DNA of 64,000 bases from an uncultured Methanomicrobiales archaeon (GTDB lineage Archaea > Halobacteriota > Methanomicrobia > Methanomicrobiales > Methanospirillaceae): contig CAVWXH010000008.1 of assembly GCA_963758915.1 (NCBI GenBank), forward strand, positions 1 to 64,000. The letters are read 5' to 3'. Numbering within the stretch: position 1 is the stretch's first letter; every line of letters starts with the position of its first letter. A program made the translations under genes and the position numbers. The notes below the pieces were generated by a model. It made no database searches and was not told where the DNA came from. It saw nothing but the letters and a program-made list of their open reading frames with translations. Shown piece by piece: positions 43,391-53,398 of the stretch.

Positions 43391-44098
43391 TCAGAGTGGG
43401 AGATAGCTGGGGTTTTCATCGCTGCTGACAATGGTCCCGTTCAAGCGGCCTGAGATAATTGCCTCGGGAAGATTGTCAGGGTTCCTGCCATCGAGGACGA
43501 TAAGGGGGATACCGCTCCTCTGGATGATCTTTACCGCGATTGCATCCATCACCGTATTTGAGCCTGCATTCAGACCGCTTCCCCCGACTATCTCCAGAAG
43601 TCTCCCCGGGGTGAGGTGGGTGTACCTGGTTGCGGATGTATCAGTTTTCGGGTCCGCGCTGTAGATACCATCCACTGATGTAAGGTTTACGAGGATATCT
43701 GCCCGTGTGCGCTCGGCAAGCACCGCGGCTACTGCGTCGGTAGTCTGGGCTGGCGTGACCCCGCCCATGACCACAATCCTGCCTGAGACCGCATATTCCA
43801 ACGCCTTTGTCTGGTCTTCTGCTACGGCGGGGTATGCGGAATCTCCGAGCGCCGCAATGAGAAGCGTCGCATTGAGACGCGTTACCAGGATACCTATCTC
43901 GTCGCATGTACCCTCATCAACCCCGAGGTTTCTTATCGCGTCGATATACCGCCTTGCTTCCCCCCCGCCACCTACAACCACAAAAGTCCGGTGTTTTTCT
44001 GAAACCTGCCTGAGGACGGCAGCGTACTCCAAAATTCTGTTTTCGGACAGGCTCGGTACAAGGACAGAACCCCCAAGAGAGATGACAAGGGATTTCAT
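43391..44098 (-). CDS. pyrH: UMP kinase
   Basis: SLGGS, VVGGGGEARRYI, TTDAVAA and VDGIYSADP motifs. Confidence 0.95.
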   Translation of the reverse strand: MKSLVISLGGSVLVPSLSENRILEYAAVLRQVSEKHRTFVVVGGGGEARRYIDAIRNLGVDEGTCDEIGILVTRLNATLLIAALGDSAYPAVAEDQTKALEYAVSGRIVVMGGVTPAQTTDAVAAVLAERTRADILVNLTSVDGIYSADPKTDTSATRYTHLTPGRLLEIVGGSGLNAGSNTVMDAIAVKIIQRSGIPLIVLDGRNPDNLPEAIISGRLNGTIVSSDENPSYLPL

Positions 44099-44227
44099 TT
44101 CGTACAGATGGGGAAAAAGGAGATATTAACCTGATTGTTTTCCCCGGGTATCTTCTATCCCCTGAGGTGGCATCCGGAGGGTCATGATCAAGAGGCATTA
44201 TTGCCATGTGTGATAGAACAAGGATCA

Positions 44228-44392
44228 ATGATACTGTGTTGCCCGGAATGCCAGAGTACTGAGGTATACGAAGTGGCCGGCGGGTGTGTCGGGCAGGTCT
44301 ATCGCTGCAAGAAATGCGGGTACCGCGGTTCATTTGTCCTCGAAATAGATGAAGAGGAACTCAAAGACACTGGAGGGAGGCCGACCCGATAA
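44228..44392 (+). CDS. Small zinc-ribbon protein
   Basis: CPECQS...YRCKKCGYRG in a 54-aa ORF. Confidence 0.75.
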   Translation: MILCCPECQSTEVYEVAGGCVGQVYRCKKCGYRGSFVLEIDEEELKDTGGRPTR

Positions 44393-44442
44393 TGCCCCGG
44401 ATGAAACAATTACCTGATCTTTCCTGTAAAAGGGTGATATAG

Positions 44443-45474
44443 ATGCCAATGCATGAGGCGGCCCTCTACGAAAAATTACCCGATCAGATCGTTCGTTGTT
44501 CAGTTTGTCATCACCGCTGCACGATAAAAGAGGGGAAGACCGGCATTTGTTCGGTCAGGGTTAACAAAAAAGGTACACTGTATTCTACGACCTACGGCCT
44601 TGTTACTTCTGAAGCTGTTGACCCGGTAGAGAAGAAACCACTCTACCATTTCCTGCCTGGTACGCGCTGTTATTCCCTCGGCGGGATCGGTTGCAATTTC
44701 CATTGTGATCATTGCCAGAACTGGCATATTTCAAGGGCTACCGGGGACATGGTCCGTATGACCGGGCTCAGCCCTGCCCAAGGTGTTGCACACGCGGTCC
44801 GGCAGGGGTGCAGGAGTATTGCGTGGACTTATAATGAACCCACTATCTGGCATGAATATGCACGTGATATGGGCGTACTTGCCAGGATGAAGGGGCTCGG
44901 CACCGTGTATGTTACAAACGGGTATATTACCGAGGAAGCGCTTCGCGATCTCTCTCCTGTGCTGAATGCATTCCGTGTTGACATCAAGTCATTTTCTGAT
45001 GATTTTTACCGTAAAATCTGCGGAGGCAGGCTTGAACCTGTACTGAATTCAACGATTCTCGCAAGGGAGCTCGGGATGCATGTCGAGGTTGTCACCCTGA
45101 TAATCCCCGGGTTAAACGACAGCCCGGAGGAGATTGATGCCCTGATTACGTGGATCCTCGAGTACCCGGGTCCCGCCACCCCTGTCCATTTTACCAGGTT
45201 CCACCCGGATTACCACATGACAGACCGTGCAGCCACACCTGTTGCAACACTGGAAAAAATTTACAAGCGGGCAAAAGAGCTGGGGCTCCGTTTCCCTTAT
45301 CTCGGGAATGTTTCCCCTCACCCGTTTGAACATACCTACTGCCCTCATTGTGGCGAACTGCTGATAGAAAGGGCAGGATATGAAATATTCATCAGGAATC
45401 TTGATAACCACCATTGCGGGAGATGTGGCGAGGAAATAGAGATTGTCACGGATGTCGGAAAAAAACATGCATGA
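44443..45474 (+). CDS. amrS: AmmeMemoRadiSam-system radical SAM enzyme
   Basis: CSVCHHRC, DPVEKKPLYHF, CNFHCDHCQNW and YNEPTIW motifs. Confidence 0.92.
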   Translation: MPMHEAALYEKLPDQIVRCSVCHHRCTIKEGKTGICSVRVNKKGTLYSTTYGLVTSEAVDPVEKKPLYHFLPGTRCYSLGGIGCNFHCDHCQNWHISRATGDMVRMTGLSPAQGVAHAVRQGCRSIAWTYNEPTIWHEYARDMGVLARMKGLGTVYVTNGYITEEALRDLSPVLNAFRVDIKSFSDDFYRKICGGRLEPVLNSTILARELGMHVEVVTLIIPGLNDSPEEIDALITWILEYPGPATPVHFTRFHPDYHMTDRAATPVATLEKIYKRAKELGLRFPYLGNVSPHPFEHTYCPHCGELLIERAGYEIFIRNLDNHHCGRCGEEIEIVTDVGKKHA

Positions 45475-45970
45475 AACCCGGTTTTTAATTGACCGTATGC
45501 TGGGAACACTTGGCAGGTACCTTCGCCTGATGGGGTATGATACGATGAGTGCCAATAGTCTCACTCCCGGGAACTCAAGGGAAGACACACTTCTGCTTGG
45601 GATCGCATTGCAGGAGGAGAGAGTTCTCCTTACCCGTGACAGGGAGCTTGCAAAACGGGGGGGTGAACGTGCAGTCTTAATCAAGGCGGTTTGTGTCCTC
45701 CCCCAGGTCCAGGAACTTGTTGACCTCGGGCTTGTAGTGCCCCGGCTGAGGATGACGCGGTGCTCTCTGTGTAACGAAAAACTGAGAAGTGCCCGGGAAC
45801 GTGAGGTCAGATGCATACGTTATGCCCCTGAACAGCGCGCCGGATACAAATTTTTGTGGTGCGTTCACTGCAGGAAACTGTACTGGACCGGATCACATGC
45901 TGAAGAACTTGCAAACCGGTTAAAAAAAGGGATTAGAAGGTCCTTTCCATCAGGTGGATGCCTGCGTTGA
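45467..45970 (+). CDS. Mut7-C RNase (PIN-like) domain protein
   Basis: DRMLGTLGRYLRLMGYDT, LLTRD, RCSLCN and CRKLYWTGSH motifs. Confidence 0.9.
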   Translation: MHETRFLIDRMLGTLGRYLRLMGYDTMSANSLTPGNSREDTLLLGIALQEERVLLTRDRELAKRGGERAVLIKAVCVLPQVQELVDLGLVVPRLRMTRCSLCNEKLRSAREREVRCIRYAPEQRAGYKFLWCVHCRKLYWTGSHAEELANRLKKGIRRSFPSGGCLR

Positions 45971-46369
45971 TTGTGTGACGGCCTGGCTTCCAACAGGGCG
46001 TTTAAGCCAGAGAAGGTCTTTTCCTTCGTAACGGAATGAACGCATAAAAATAACTTTGATCTCTGCCGGAAGGCCTGAAACCTCTGTTCCCTGTGGTACT
46101 AACAGGCTGGCATGCCATGTGCCTTTTTTTGCTGCCGTTGTTTCTTTCCCTTCCATCAGGGATGAGATTAACCCAGGTTCCACCATTCTCCCAAAAGTTG
46201 CAGCAACTGTCGTGACCTGGTTCGATCCCCGTCTTCTTGATAAGGAAAATATTTCGTCGTTCCCAATCTGTTTTGGGGCTCCTGAAATTACCCATCCCTC
46301 GCTTGCAGGGTAGTTGCGTTTCAGTTCCTTTTGCACGATGTCGTGCATAATGTCACCAGAATATCCCAT
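45950..46369 (-). CDS. Hypothetical protein
   Basis: Clean ~139-aa ORF with a GGTG RBS-like sequence upstream of ATG 46369. Confidence 0.65.
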   Translation of the reverse strand: MGYSGDIMHDIVQKELKRNYPASEGWVISGAPKQIGNDEIFSLSRRRGSNQVTTVAATFGRMVEPGLISSLMEGKETTAAKKGTWHASLLVPQGTEVSGLPAEIKVIFMRSFRYEGKDLLWLKRPVGSQAVTQSTQAST

Positions 46370-46540
46370 TAAATAAACACCTATTTTTACTTGCATCAAG
46401 GATAGTTAAACATTTTTTCCTTTTCCACGGCTAAAAATGCAATTTTAGTACTTAATTTTACAGAAAATCAATCATCGATGAAATCCGGCGATGCAATGAA
46501 GTTCATTGTCAGCGCTCTTTCCAGGACTCCGTTTAATAAA

Positions 46541-46580
46541 ATGATTATAATCCGGTTGTTTCTGGGATATGATTATAATC
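46541..46580. promoter_or_regulatory. Twin palindromic ATGATTATAATC boxes upstream of ppk1
   Basis: Exact 12-mer at 46541-46552 and 46569-46580, each containing the palindrome GATTATAATC. Confidence 0.5.
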
Positions 46581-46601
46581 TCATGATATGACTTGTAATC
46601 A

Positions 46602-48776
46602 GTGAAACCAGGGGAGAGTGACAATACGTTGCCTCGTAACAGGAATAATCAACCAAATCAGAACATAACTGCCCCGGCACAGGGATCCCGTTATATTAAC
46701 CGTGAAATCGGCTGGATAAGGTTCAACCGCCATGTCCTTGATGAGGCCTCTGATAAACGGCACCCGTTACTCGAACGGGTTAAGTTCCTTTCCATATTTG
46801 CAAACAATCTCGATGAATTTTTCATGATACGGGTATCCGGTCTCCAGAGGCAGGTGGAAAGCGGTGTCCTTGAAGCGCCTCCTGACGGGATGAGCCCCAT
46901 GGAGCAACTCGCAGAAATACATGATCTCCTGGCACCCCTCCTTGAAGCACAATCCGGGTGCTGGGAATGTGACCTGGTACCGGCAATGAAGGCAGAAGGG
47001 ATCGAAATATTGCCTGTCAGTTCCCTTTCAGACGGGGAACGTTGCATTATGAGGGAATATTACGAGCATGAGATATTCCCCGTGCTGACCCCGCTTGCGT
47101 TCGATAAGTCACACCCGTTTCCCTTCATCTCCAATCTCTCGCTGAACCTTGCTATCATGGTAAGAGACCCTTCGAGGAAGGAGGAGCTTTTTGCGAGGAT
47201 AAAAGTCCCCACCGACCTGTTCCCCCGCCTTATCCGAATCCCGGAACAAAAACCAGGGAAAACACGTAGTAAACCGAAGGAAAAATATGTATTTCTGGAG
47301 GACCTCGTTGCTGCCTGTCTCGACCGGCTCTTCCCGGGAATGGAAGTTGTTGCGGCGTACCCGTTCAGGGTAACAAGGGACGCAGATTTTGAGATTGAAG
47401 AAGATGAAGCATCAGATCTGCTGACTGCCATTGAAGAAAGTGTCGAGCTCCGGCGTATCGGATCCCCGGTCCGTGTAGAAGTATCTTCGGCAATGCCTGC
47501 AGGTATATCTGAAATGCTCTCAATAAAACTCGGGATCAGCAGGGACATGTTCTACCGGGTTGAACCTCCTGTCGGGATGGCAGACCTGATGCAGTTGTAT
47601 GGGCTCGACCGGCCTGACTTAAAAGATCAACCCTTCGTTCCATCCGTACCGTCATCACTTGAAGGAGATGCTGATTTTTTTGCAGAGATCCGGAAGGGGG
47701 ATATCCTTCTGTTCCACCCGTATGATAGTTTTTCCCCGGTGGTATCGTTCTTAAAACAGGCTGCAAAAGACCCTGATGTCCTCGCTATAAAAATGACCCT
47801 CTACCGCGTGGGTCCGAATTCCCCTGTTGTTGATGCCCTGATGGAAGCGCGGGATAATGGCAAGGATGTAGCTGCGATGATCGAACTAAAGGCCCGGTTT
47901 GATGAGGAGAATAACATCGGATGGGCCAGGGCACTTGAAAGGGCAGGTGTGCACGTGGTATACGGGCTCTCCGGCCTAAAAGTTCATAGCAAGGTCTGCA
48001 TGGTGGTACGGAAGGAGAAGGGGGGGATCATCCGCTATGTCCACCTTGGGACTGGAAACTACAACGCTTCGACGAGCCGGATTTACACCGATCTCGGCCT
48101 GTTCACCCGGGACAACCTGATTGGGGCCGATGTAGCTGACCTGTTCAATGCGCTTACCGGCTATTCAAGGGTACATTCATACCGCTCACTTCTTGTCGCT
48201 CCGGTGAGTATCAGGAAAGGCCTCTTTGAGCGGATAGAGCGTGAAATAGAATTACACAGGAAAAAAGGTGGCGGTCACATAATTTTCAAGATCAACGCAC
48301 TGGTAGACCGGGACTGCATCGATATATTATGCAGGGCTTCAGAGGCCGGGGTACGGGTGGACCTCCAGGTACGGGGTATCTGTTGTCTTCGGCCTGGTCT
48401 CCCGGGTATCAGTGAAAATATCAGGGTTTCCAGTATCGTTGGGCGTTTCCTGGAACACCCCCGTATATTTTATTTTAGGAATGACGGCGACGAGGAGGTG
48501 TTCCTTGGCAGTGCTGACCTTATGCCGAGAAATCTCGACCGCCGTGTTGAAGTCCTTTTCCCGGTTAACGACCCGGCTATCAGGCGGGCGATTATCGATA
48601 CTATCCTGGAGGTATACATGAAGGACACGGTGAATATGCGCATGCTGAACCAGGACGGTGATTACACCAGGGTATGGCCCCTGCAGGGTGAGACCCCGTG
48701 CAATGCCCAGGCATGGCTGATCTCCCACCGGGGTATGTGGCATGAAAAAGCCAGGAAATCTTCGAAGAAAAAGTAA
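46602..48776 (+). CDS. ppk1: Polyphosphate kinase 1
   Basis: NLDEFFMIRV, HPFPFIS, ELKARFDEENN, KVHSK, GTGNYN and GSADLMPRNLDRRVE motifs. Confidence 0.97.
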   Translation: MKPGESDNTLPRNRNNQPNQNITAPAQGSRYINREIGWIRFNRHVLDEASDKRHPLLERVKFLSIFANNLDEFFMIRVSGLQRQVESGVLEAPPDGMSPMEQLAEIHDLLAPLLEAQSGCWECDLVPAMKAEGIEILPVSSLSDGERCIMREYYEHEIFPVLTPLAFDKSHPFPFISNLSLNLAIMVRDPSRKEELFARIKVPTDLFPRLIRIPEQKPGKTRSKPKEKYVFLEDLVAACLDRLFPGMEVVAAYPFRVTRDADFEIEEDEASDLLTAIEESVELRRIGSPVRVEVSSAMPAGISEMLSIKLGISRDMFYRVEPPVGMADLMQLYGLDRPDLKDQPFVPSVPSSLEGDADFFAEIRKGDILLFHPYDSFSPVVSFLKQAAKDPDVLAIKMTLYRVGPNSPVVDALMEARDNGKDVAAMIELKARFDEENNIGWARALERAGVHVVYGLSGLKVHSKVCMVVRKEKGGIIRYVHLGTGNYNASTSRIYTDLGLFTRDNLIGADVADLFNALTGYSRVHSYRSLLVAPVSIRKGLFERIEREIELHRKKGGGHIIFKINALVDRDCIDILCRASEAGVRVDLQVRGICCLRPGLPGISENIRVSSIVGRFLEHPRIFYFRNDGDEEVFLGSADLMPRNLDRRVEVLFPVNDPAIRRAIIDTILEVYMKDTVNMRMLNQDGDYTRVWPLQGETPCNAQAWLISHRGMWHEKARKSSKKK

Positions 48777-48895
48777 CGCTACCGCATGGTCATATCAGAC
48801 CAGGCCGGTTTTTTTCATGGGATCACTTTCGCACCGCGGTGAAAAGGTTAATCGCCGCACAAGCGAATCTATTTCAGTAACATTTCTGATCGGTC

Positions 48896-49372
48896 ATGAT
48901 TGTACTAGGTATTGACCCTGGGCTTGCGCGTCTGGGGTACGGGGTAATCGAGAAGAAGGGTAACCGGGCTACCCACGTCACCCATGGTTGCATAACGACT
49001 GACAGGGGGGATATGTCAGCGGGTGCAAGGCTCAATCAGCTCTATGGGGGACTGAAAGACCTGTTTCTGGAACACGGTCCGGAGTGTGCGGCAGTTGAAA
49101 AATTATTTTTTTCGAAAAATATCACGTCCGCGATGGCTGTTGCCGAAGTCCGCGGGATTATTCTCTTACTTTGCGAACAGGAAGGGGTTCCCGTGACCGA
49201 ATATACCCCTAACCAGGTGAAACAGGCGATAACGGGGTCAGGACGGGCAGACAAGAAACAGGTGCAGGAGATGATCAGACGGCTCCTTCACCTGCAGGAA
49301 ATCCCGAGGCCCGACGATGCCGCTGACGGCCTTTCCATCGCTCTCTGCCATATCCATACCATGAGGGAATAG
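48896..49372 (+). CDS. ruvC: Holliday junction resolvase RuvC
   Basis: LGIDPG, AVEKLFF, YTPNQVK, GRADKKQV and PDDAAD motifs. Confidence 0.96.
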   Translation: MIVLGIDPGLARLGYGVIEKKGNRATHVTHGCITTDRGDMSAGARLNQLYGGLKDLFLEHGPECAAVEKLFFSKNITSAMAVAEVRGIILLLCEQEGVPVTEYTPNQVKQAITGSGRADKKQVQEMIRRLLHLQEIPRPDDAADGLSIALCHIHTMRE

Positions 49373-49505
49373 GGATGAAAGCGTTTGCCAGTATGGTGAT
49401 TTCTCTCCCGGGCCGGTCGTTGCTGGGAAGAACCGGGACTTCACCAGACCACGGTAACAGGTACCGGGGTACAGGCATATTCCCCACGGCCGGTAGGTGA
49501 CATAG

Positions 49506-50111
49506 GTGATATCACAACTCTTTGGAGAAATTGTTGCAACAGGCGATGGATTTGTGGTGCTGGATGTTGGTGGCGTTGGGTACCGGGTTAACATGACCTC
49601 CACCGATATCGTCGGCCTCTCCAGGTCTCCCGGGAAGAAAAAGGTACATACCCACCTGATTGTACGTGAGGACGCACTCGCCCTGTACGGATTTTCTGAA
49701 ATGTTCGACCTCGGGGTATTCCAGCTCCTCATCTCTGTGAACCGTGTCGGCCCCCAGCTGGCACTTTCCATCCTTTCACAGGTCCCGGCGAAGGAATTTG
49801 TCCAGGCGGTTATCGGGGAGGATGAGAAAAGGCTGACAAGGCTTTCCGGAATAGGACCGAGGAACGCGAAAAGGTTAATACTCGAATTAAAAGACCGGAT
49901 GAAGGAGCAGCTCCCGGCGTTCAAGACGGAGTCCCCCGGAGTTCCGGGCAATATCCGGGAAGACGTGGCTGAAGCCCTGATTGCCCTGGGGTTCCCCTCG
50001 CGCGAATCCTATGCTGCCGTTGACGAGACCTGCAGAAGGACAGGGCCCGTCGATTCGCAGGTATTATTGAAAGCCTCCCTGGTACTCCTGAAGGAGAGGA
50101 ATAAGATATGA
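49506..50111 (+). CDS. ruvA: Holliday junction branch migration protein RuvA
   Basis: [33 protein letters not shown] and ALIALGF motifs. Confidence 0.96.
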   Translation: MISQLFGEIVATGDGFVVLDVGGVGYRVNMTSTDIVGLSRSPGKKKVHTHLIVREDALALYGFSEMFDLGVFQLLISVNRVGPQLALSILSQVPAKEFVQAVIGEDEKRLTRLSGIGPRNAKRLILELKDRMKEQLPAFKTESPGVPGNIREDVAEALIALGFPSRESYAAVDETCRRTGPVDSQVLLKASLVLLKERNKI

Positions 50112-51100
50112 GGGAACGGGTGATCGAGGCTGTTGTAACCGGCGAGGACGAGATCGAGGAGACGATCAGGCCATCAAAGCTGAAAGACTTTATTGGCCAG
50201 GAGGGCCTGAAAGAAACGCTGTCAATTGCAATAGAAGCGGCACAGAAAAGGGAAAAACCCCTGGACCATATCCTGCTTTCAGGTCCTCCCGGCCTTGGGA
50301 AGACCACACTCGCCCATATTATCGCCCACGAGATGGGCACCGGCATCCATTCAACGAGTGGCCCTGTGCTGGAAAAGCCAGGTGACCTCGCAGCAATTCT
50401 TACCACACTCTCGAAAGGCGATGTGCTCTTTATCGACGAAGTCCACCGCCTCAGCCCTGTTGTGGAAGAAGTCCTGTACCCGGCAATGGAAGACCTTGCT
50501 ATCGATGTGATGATTGGCGAAGGCCCTGGCGCCCGGTCTATCAGGCTTGATATTGAGCACTTTACGCTGATCGGGGCAACAACAAAGATAGGTCTCCTGG
50601 GTTCACCGTTCCGTGACCGCTTCGGTCTGATATCCCGTCTTAACCTGTACAGTCCCGGTGAACTTTCCGACGTCATCAGGCGAAGTGCCGGTATCATGCA
50701 GGTCAGTATTACGGAGGAGGCCGCGAGCGAAATTGCCGGCCGGAGCCGGGGGACACCGAGGATTGCAAATCGGCTCCTCCGTCGCGTCGGGGATTTTGCG
50801 TTAGTGCGAAGCGATGGCACGATAACCCGGGAGGTGGCATCACATGCCCTCACCCTGCTTGGAATTGACTCGCTTGGTCTTGATGATCTTGACCGGCGGA
50901 TCCTGACGGTCATTTCAGATGATTTCCGGGGTGGCCCTGTCGGTCTCAAGACGATCGCGATCTCTGTAGGTGAGGAATCAAGGACGATTGAGGACGTGTA
51001 CGAACCATACCTGATCCAGATCGGGTTTATTAAGAGGACTTCACAGGGAAGGGAGACGACACCGGCTGCCGGTGCACATATCCACCAGCAGTGGTGGTAA
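50108..51100 (+). CDS. ruvB: Holliday junction branch migration ATPase RuvB
   Basis: [32 protein letters not shown] and EPYLIQ motifs. Confidence 0.97.
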   Translation: MRERVIEAVVTGEDEIEETIRPSKLKDFIGQEGLKETLSIAIEAAQKREKPLDHILLSGPPGLGKTTLAHIIAHEMGTGIHSTSGPVLEKPGDLAAILTTLSKGDVLFIDEVHRLSPVVEEVLYPAMEDLAIDVMIGEGPGARSIRLDIEHFTLIGATTKIGLLGSPFRDRFGLISRLNLYSPGELSDVIRRSAGIMQVSITEEAASEIAGRSRGTPRIANRLLRRVGDFALVRSDGTITREVASHALTLLGIDSLGLDDLDRRILTVISDDFRGGPVGLKTIAISVGEESRTIEDVYEPYLIQIGFIKRTSQGRETTPAAGAHIHQQWW

Positions 51101-51142
51101 CTGTTTTCTATAAGTCTGTAAAGAGGGATGGTTTAGAAAACG

Positions 51143-51386
51143 GGCTTTGTCGAAACCCTGCGTAATAAAAAAGAGGTAATTTATAGACAGGAGCGGGTTT
51201 CACCCCCGAGAAGATATCCATTTGGCAGGTTCAACTGCAGTATTCCCGAAAATTTCTAATATTTAAAGGTTATTTCCTCATCCAATTTCGTGTCGCCTGT
51301 GCGGCGGACAGAGCCCCTGGAGCGTGGAAATTTTTTTTTGAATAACTCAATCTGCAAGGATAGATAGAGGGAATTGTAATGAAGCC
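51143..51386 (+). mobile_element. MITE-like repeat copy 5 (most diverged)
   Basis: GGCTTTGTCGAAACCC start, GACAGGAGCGGGTTTCACCCCC, AAGATAT, GCGGCGG..GAGCCCC.GGAGCGT and terminal GAAGCC. Lies 42 bp after the ruvB stop. Confidence 0.75.
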
Positions 51387-51555
51387 AAAAATCTTGTAAA
51401 TGGATGATTATTGTATTGTATCAGCACAGGAGGTTGGTTATTCCGACCAACAGGAGGAGAGGTGCGCTGATTCGGGTATGGGGATTTTCTAGTCATGACA
51501 TCATTCTATTACCTCCACAACAGGCGTTGTTCTTTCTCTCACCGGGACTTAATTT

Positions 51556-51828
51556 TCAGAATATTGCTACAACCGCTTCTGACATCTCTGCAGCATCATC
51601 AATCTCTCTGGATACAGACTGTTGGACTATCCCTGAGGCCCTGGCATAGAAAACCCATCGTCTTTCCGGCTCAGTTATTGAATGGGAGAAGGGAAGGACA
51701 TCAGGGATAGAATCCACCATCTTTGCTATTGACTGCCATTTTTTGATCTCCCTGTTATGATCTGATACCTTCGTCTGGATTGTTCCCTGCTCAGATAATT
51801 CCCTGGTTTCCGCTGTCATGTCATCCAT
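51556..51828 (-). CDS. Hypothetical protein
   Basis: 90-aa ORF preceded by a strong AGGTGA RBS. Confidence 0.6.
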   Translation of the reverse strand: MDDMTAETRELSEQGTIQTKVSDHNREIKKWQSIAKMVDSIPDVLPFSHSITEPERRWVFYARASGIVQQSVSREIDDAAEMSEAVVAIF

Positions 51829-52032
51829 GGCATCTCACCTTAGGAGTGATATTCACTAATTATCGTTATTACTATATATATCTATGCTTCAATGTAATGC
51901 ATTTAATTGATATATTTGTGTAATGCATAATCATAATGTAATAATACATTGCATAGAGATTATTCGGTGTCATACAATAGAAAAATTCCAAATATCCAAA
52001 GATCTTGTAAGAGGACGGGGCCAGGTGTTGGG

Positions 52033-52590
52033 ATGTTAAAGGAAAAAGAAAGAGGACTGTCACGATTTATTGAAATTCTCCGCGAACACCCCAGGGGGTT
52101 GACAATTGAAGAATTATCCCAGCTCCTGCCGCTTAACCGGAATGCAACATCTAAGTACCTGAACCGGATGCTCATCTCAGGCCAGGTTGATATGAAGACA
52201 TTTGGTCCGGCTAAAGTTTTTTTTATCGCGAAGAGGGTACCAATTTCAGAGCTTATTAACCTGAGCTCAGATCTTATTATGGTCCTGGACCATGAAATGG
52301 TTGTACAACTGGTAAATAACAGGCTTCTTGAAGTTTTTTTTGTCCCCAGATCAGACATTATCATTCATCATATCGACCATACCCGTTTTGGCACATCTAT
52401 CAGTCCTGAATTAAGACAAATGATAAAAGACGGTGAAAATGGGGATGAACGTGTCATCATGGAAAAAATTACCATTAACGGGCAACAATGGCATTTTTTT
52501 GCTAAATGCGTACCAGTTGTGTTCGAAGAAGGCGAACGCGGGGTTTCAGTAATTCTCCGGGATGTTAACATTTCGAAAGCGCACTCCTAA
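52033..52590 (+). CDS. Winged-HTH + PAS domain regulator
   Basis: HPRGLTIEELSQLLPLNRNATSKYL wHTH followed by a PAS-like domain ending ILRDV. Confidence 0.82.
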   Translation: MLKEKERGLSRFIEILREHPRGLTIEELSQLLPLNRNATSKYLNRMLISGQVDMKTFGPAKVFFIAKRVPISELINLSSDLIMVLDHEMVVQLVNNRLLEVFFVPRSDIIIHHIDHTRFGTSISPELRQMIKDGENGDERVIMEKITINGQQWHFFAKCVPVVFEEGERGVSVILRDVNISKAHS

Positions 52591-52801
52591 AACGACCGCA
52601 TTCCCTGCAATCAAATTACATCAGCGAAAAGTCATAACCTTTTTAACAACCAGTGTACCATCGGGATAATAAAAGGTTACAAGCTTCGACATACTGTCTT
52701 ATTGTGTAAAACATACCCCAAAAAAAATATCTTTATGGTCCAATTCCCTTTCATTTTCCTTATAGGAATTCAGAAAGGGGGAATATTGTAGAAAATGTAA
52801 A

Positions 52802-52826
52802 ATAAGTTGGGGACGCTCCAAAATAT
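52802..52826. promoter_or_regulatory. Candidate DtxR-family operator (box 1)
   Basis: TTGG-N7-CCAAAATA upstream of the regulator. The same motif precedes the solute-binding protein gene. Confidence 0.55.
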
Positions 52827-52859
52827 TTTTTATCTTTGCGGTACCATTCTACTATCCTG

Positions 52860-53330
52860 ATGGAAGAAATTGACCGCCTCCTTCTCTCGCCGAGAAAGGC
52901 CATGTATATGAAATTCATATATGAAAACCCGGAAACTACAAAGACCACAGAAATTGCGGCACATTTCGGTGTAGATCCATCAACTGTAACAAAGACACTC
53001 ATGGAACTGAATTCGATAGGCCTTATTTTCCATGAGCCTTACAGGACCACCAGCCTTACCGGAAAGGGGGAACGTTATGCTGAATACCTCGTCAGGAGAC
53101 ACCGGATTCTCGGGCTTGTACTCACCCATTACGGCCTTACCCCGGAAGAAGCCTGCGAGGAGTCCTCCCGTTTCGAGAATTCAGTCTCAAAAGTTGTCAT
53201 CGATTCGATGTGCCGCTCGATGGGACACCCTATGATGGGGGTGTGCGGAAGGATTTCGCACGACCCGTGTTGTTGCAATGGAGATCAAAACAGCCAGGAT
53301 AAAAGGAAACCTCCAATATCCGCAAGGTAA
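52860..53330 (+). CDS. DtxR/MntR-family metal-dependent regulator
   Basis: HTH EIAAHFGVDPSTVT, LTGKG and RRHRIL...EEACEES..FE motifs, no FeoA domain. Confidence 0.9.
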   Translation: MEEIDRLLLSPRKAMYMKFIYENPETTKTTEIAAHFGVDPSTVTKTLMELNSIGLIFHEPYRTTSLTGKGERYAEYLVRRHRILGLVLTHYGLTPEEACEESSRFENSVSKVVIDSMCRSMGHPMMGVCGRISHDPCCCNGDQNSQDKRKPPISAR

Positions 53331-53344
53331 TGTATAGGACAGGA

Positions 53345-53367
53345 ATATTTGGCAGAGTACCAAAATA
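53345..53367. promoter_or_regulatory. Candidate DtxR-family operator (box 2)
   Basis: ATATTTGG-CAGAGTA-CCAAAATA, ending ~31 bp before the znuA-like start. Confidence 0.6.
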
Positions 53368-53398
53368 ATCAGCAATATATGTTATAAACGAGGAAAAG

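Noticed and set aside
49921-50949. Long antisense ORFs opposite ruvB, ruvA, gyrA and the acyl-CoA synthetase
   Set aside because: Shadow frames of well-supported genes with no recognisable motifs.
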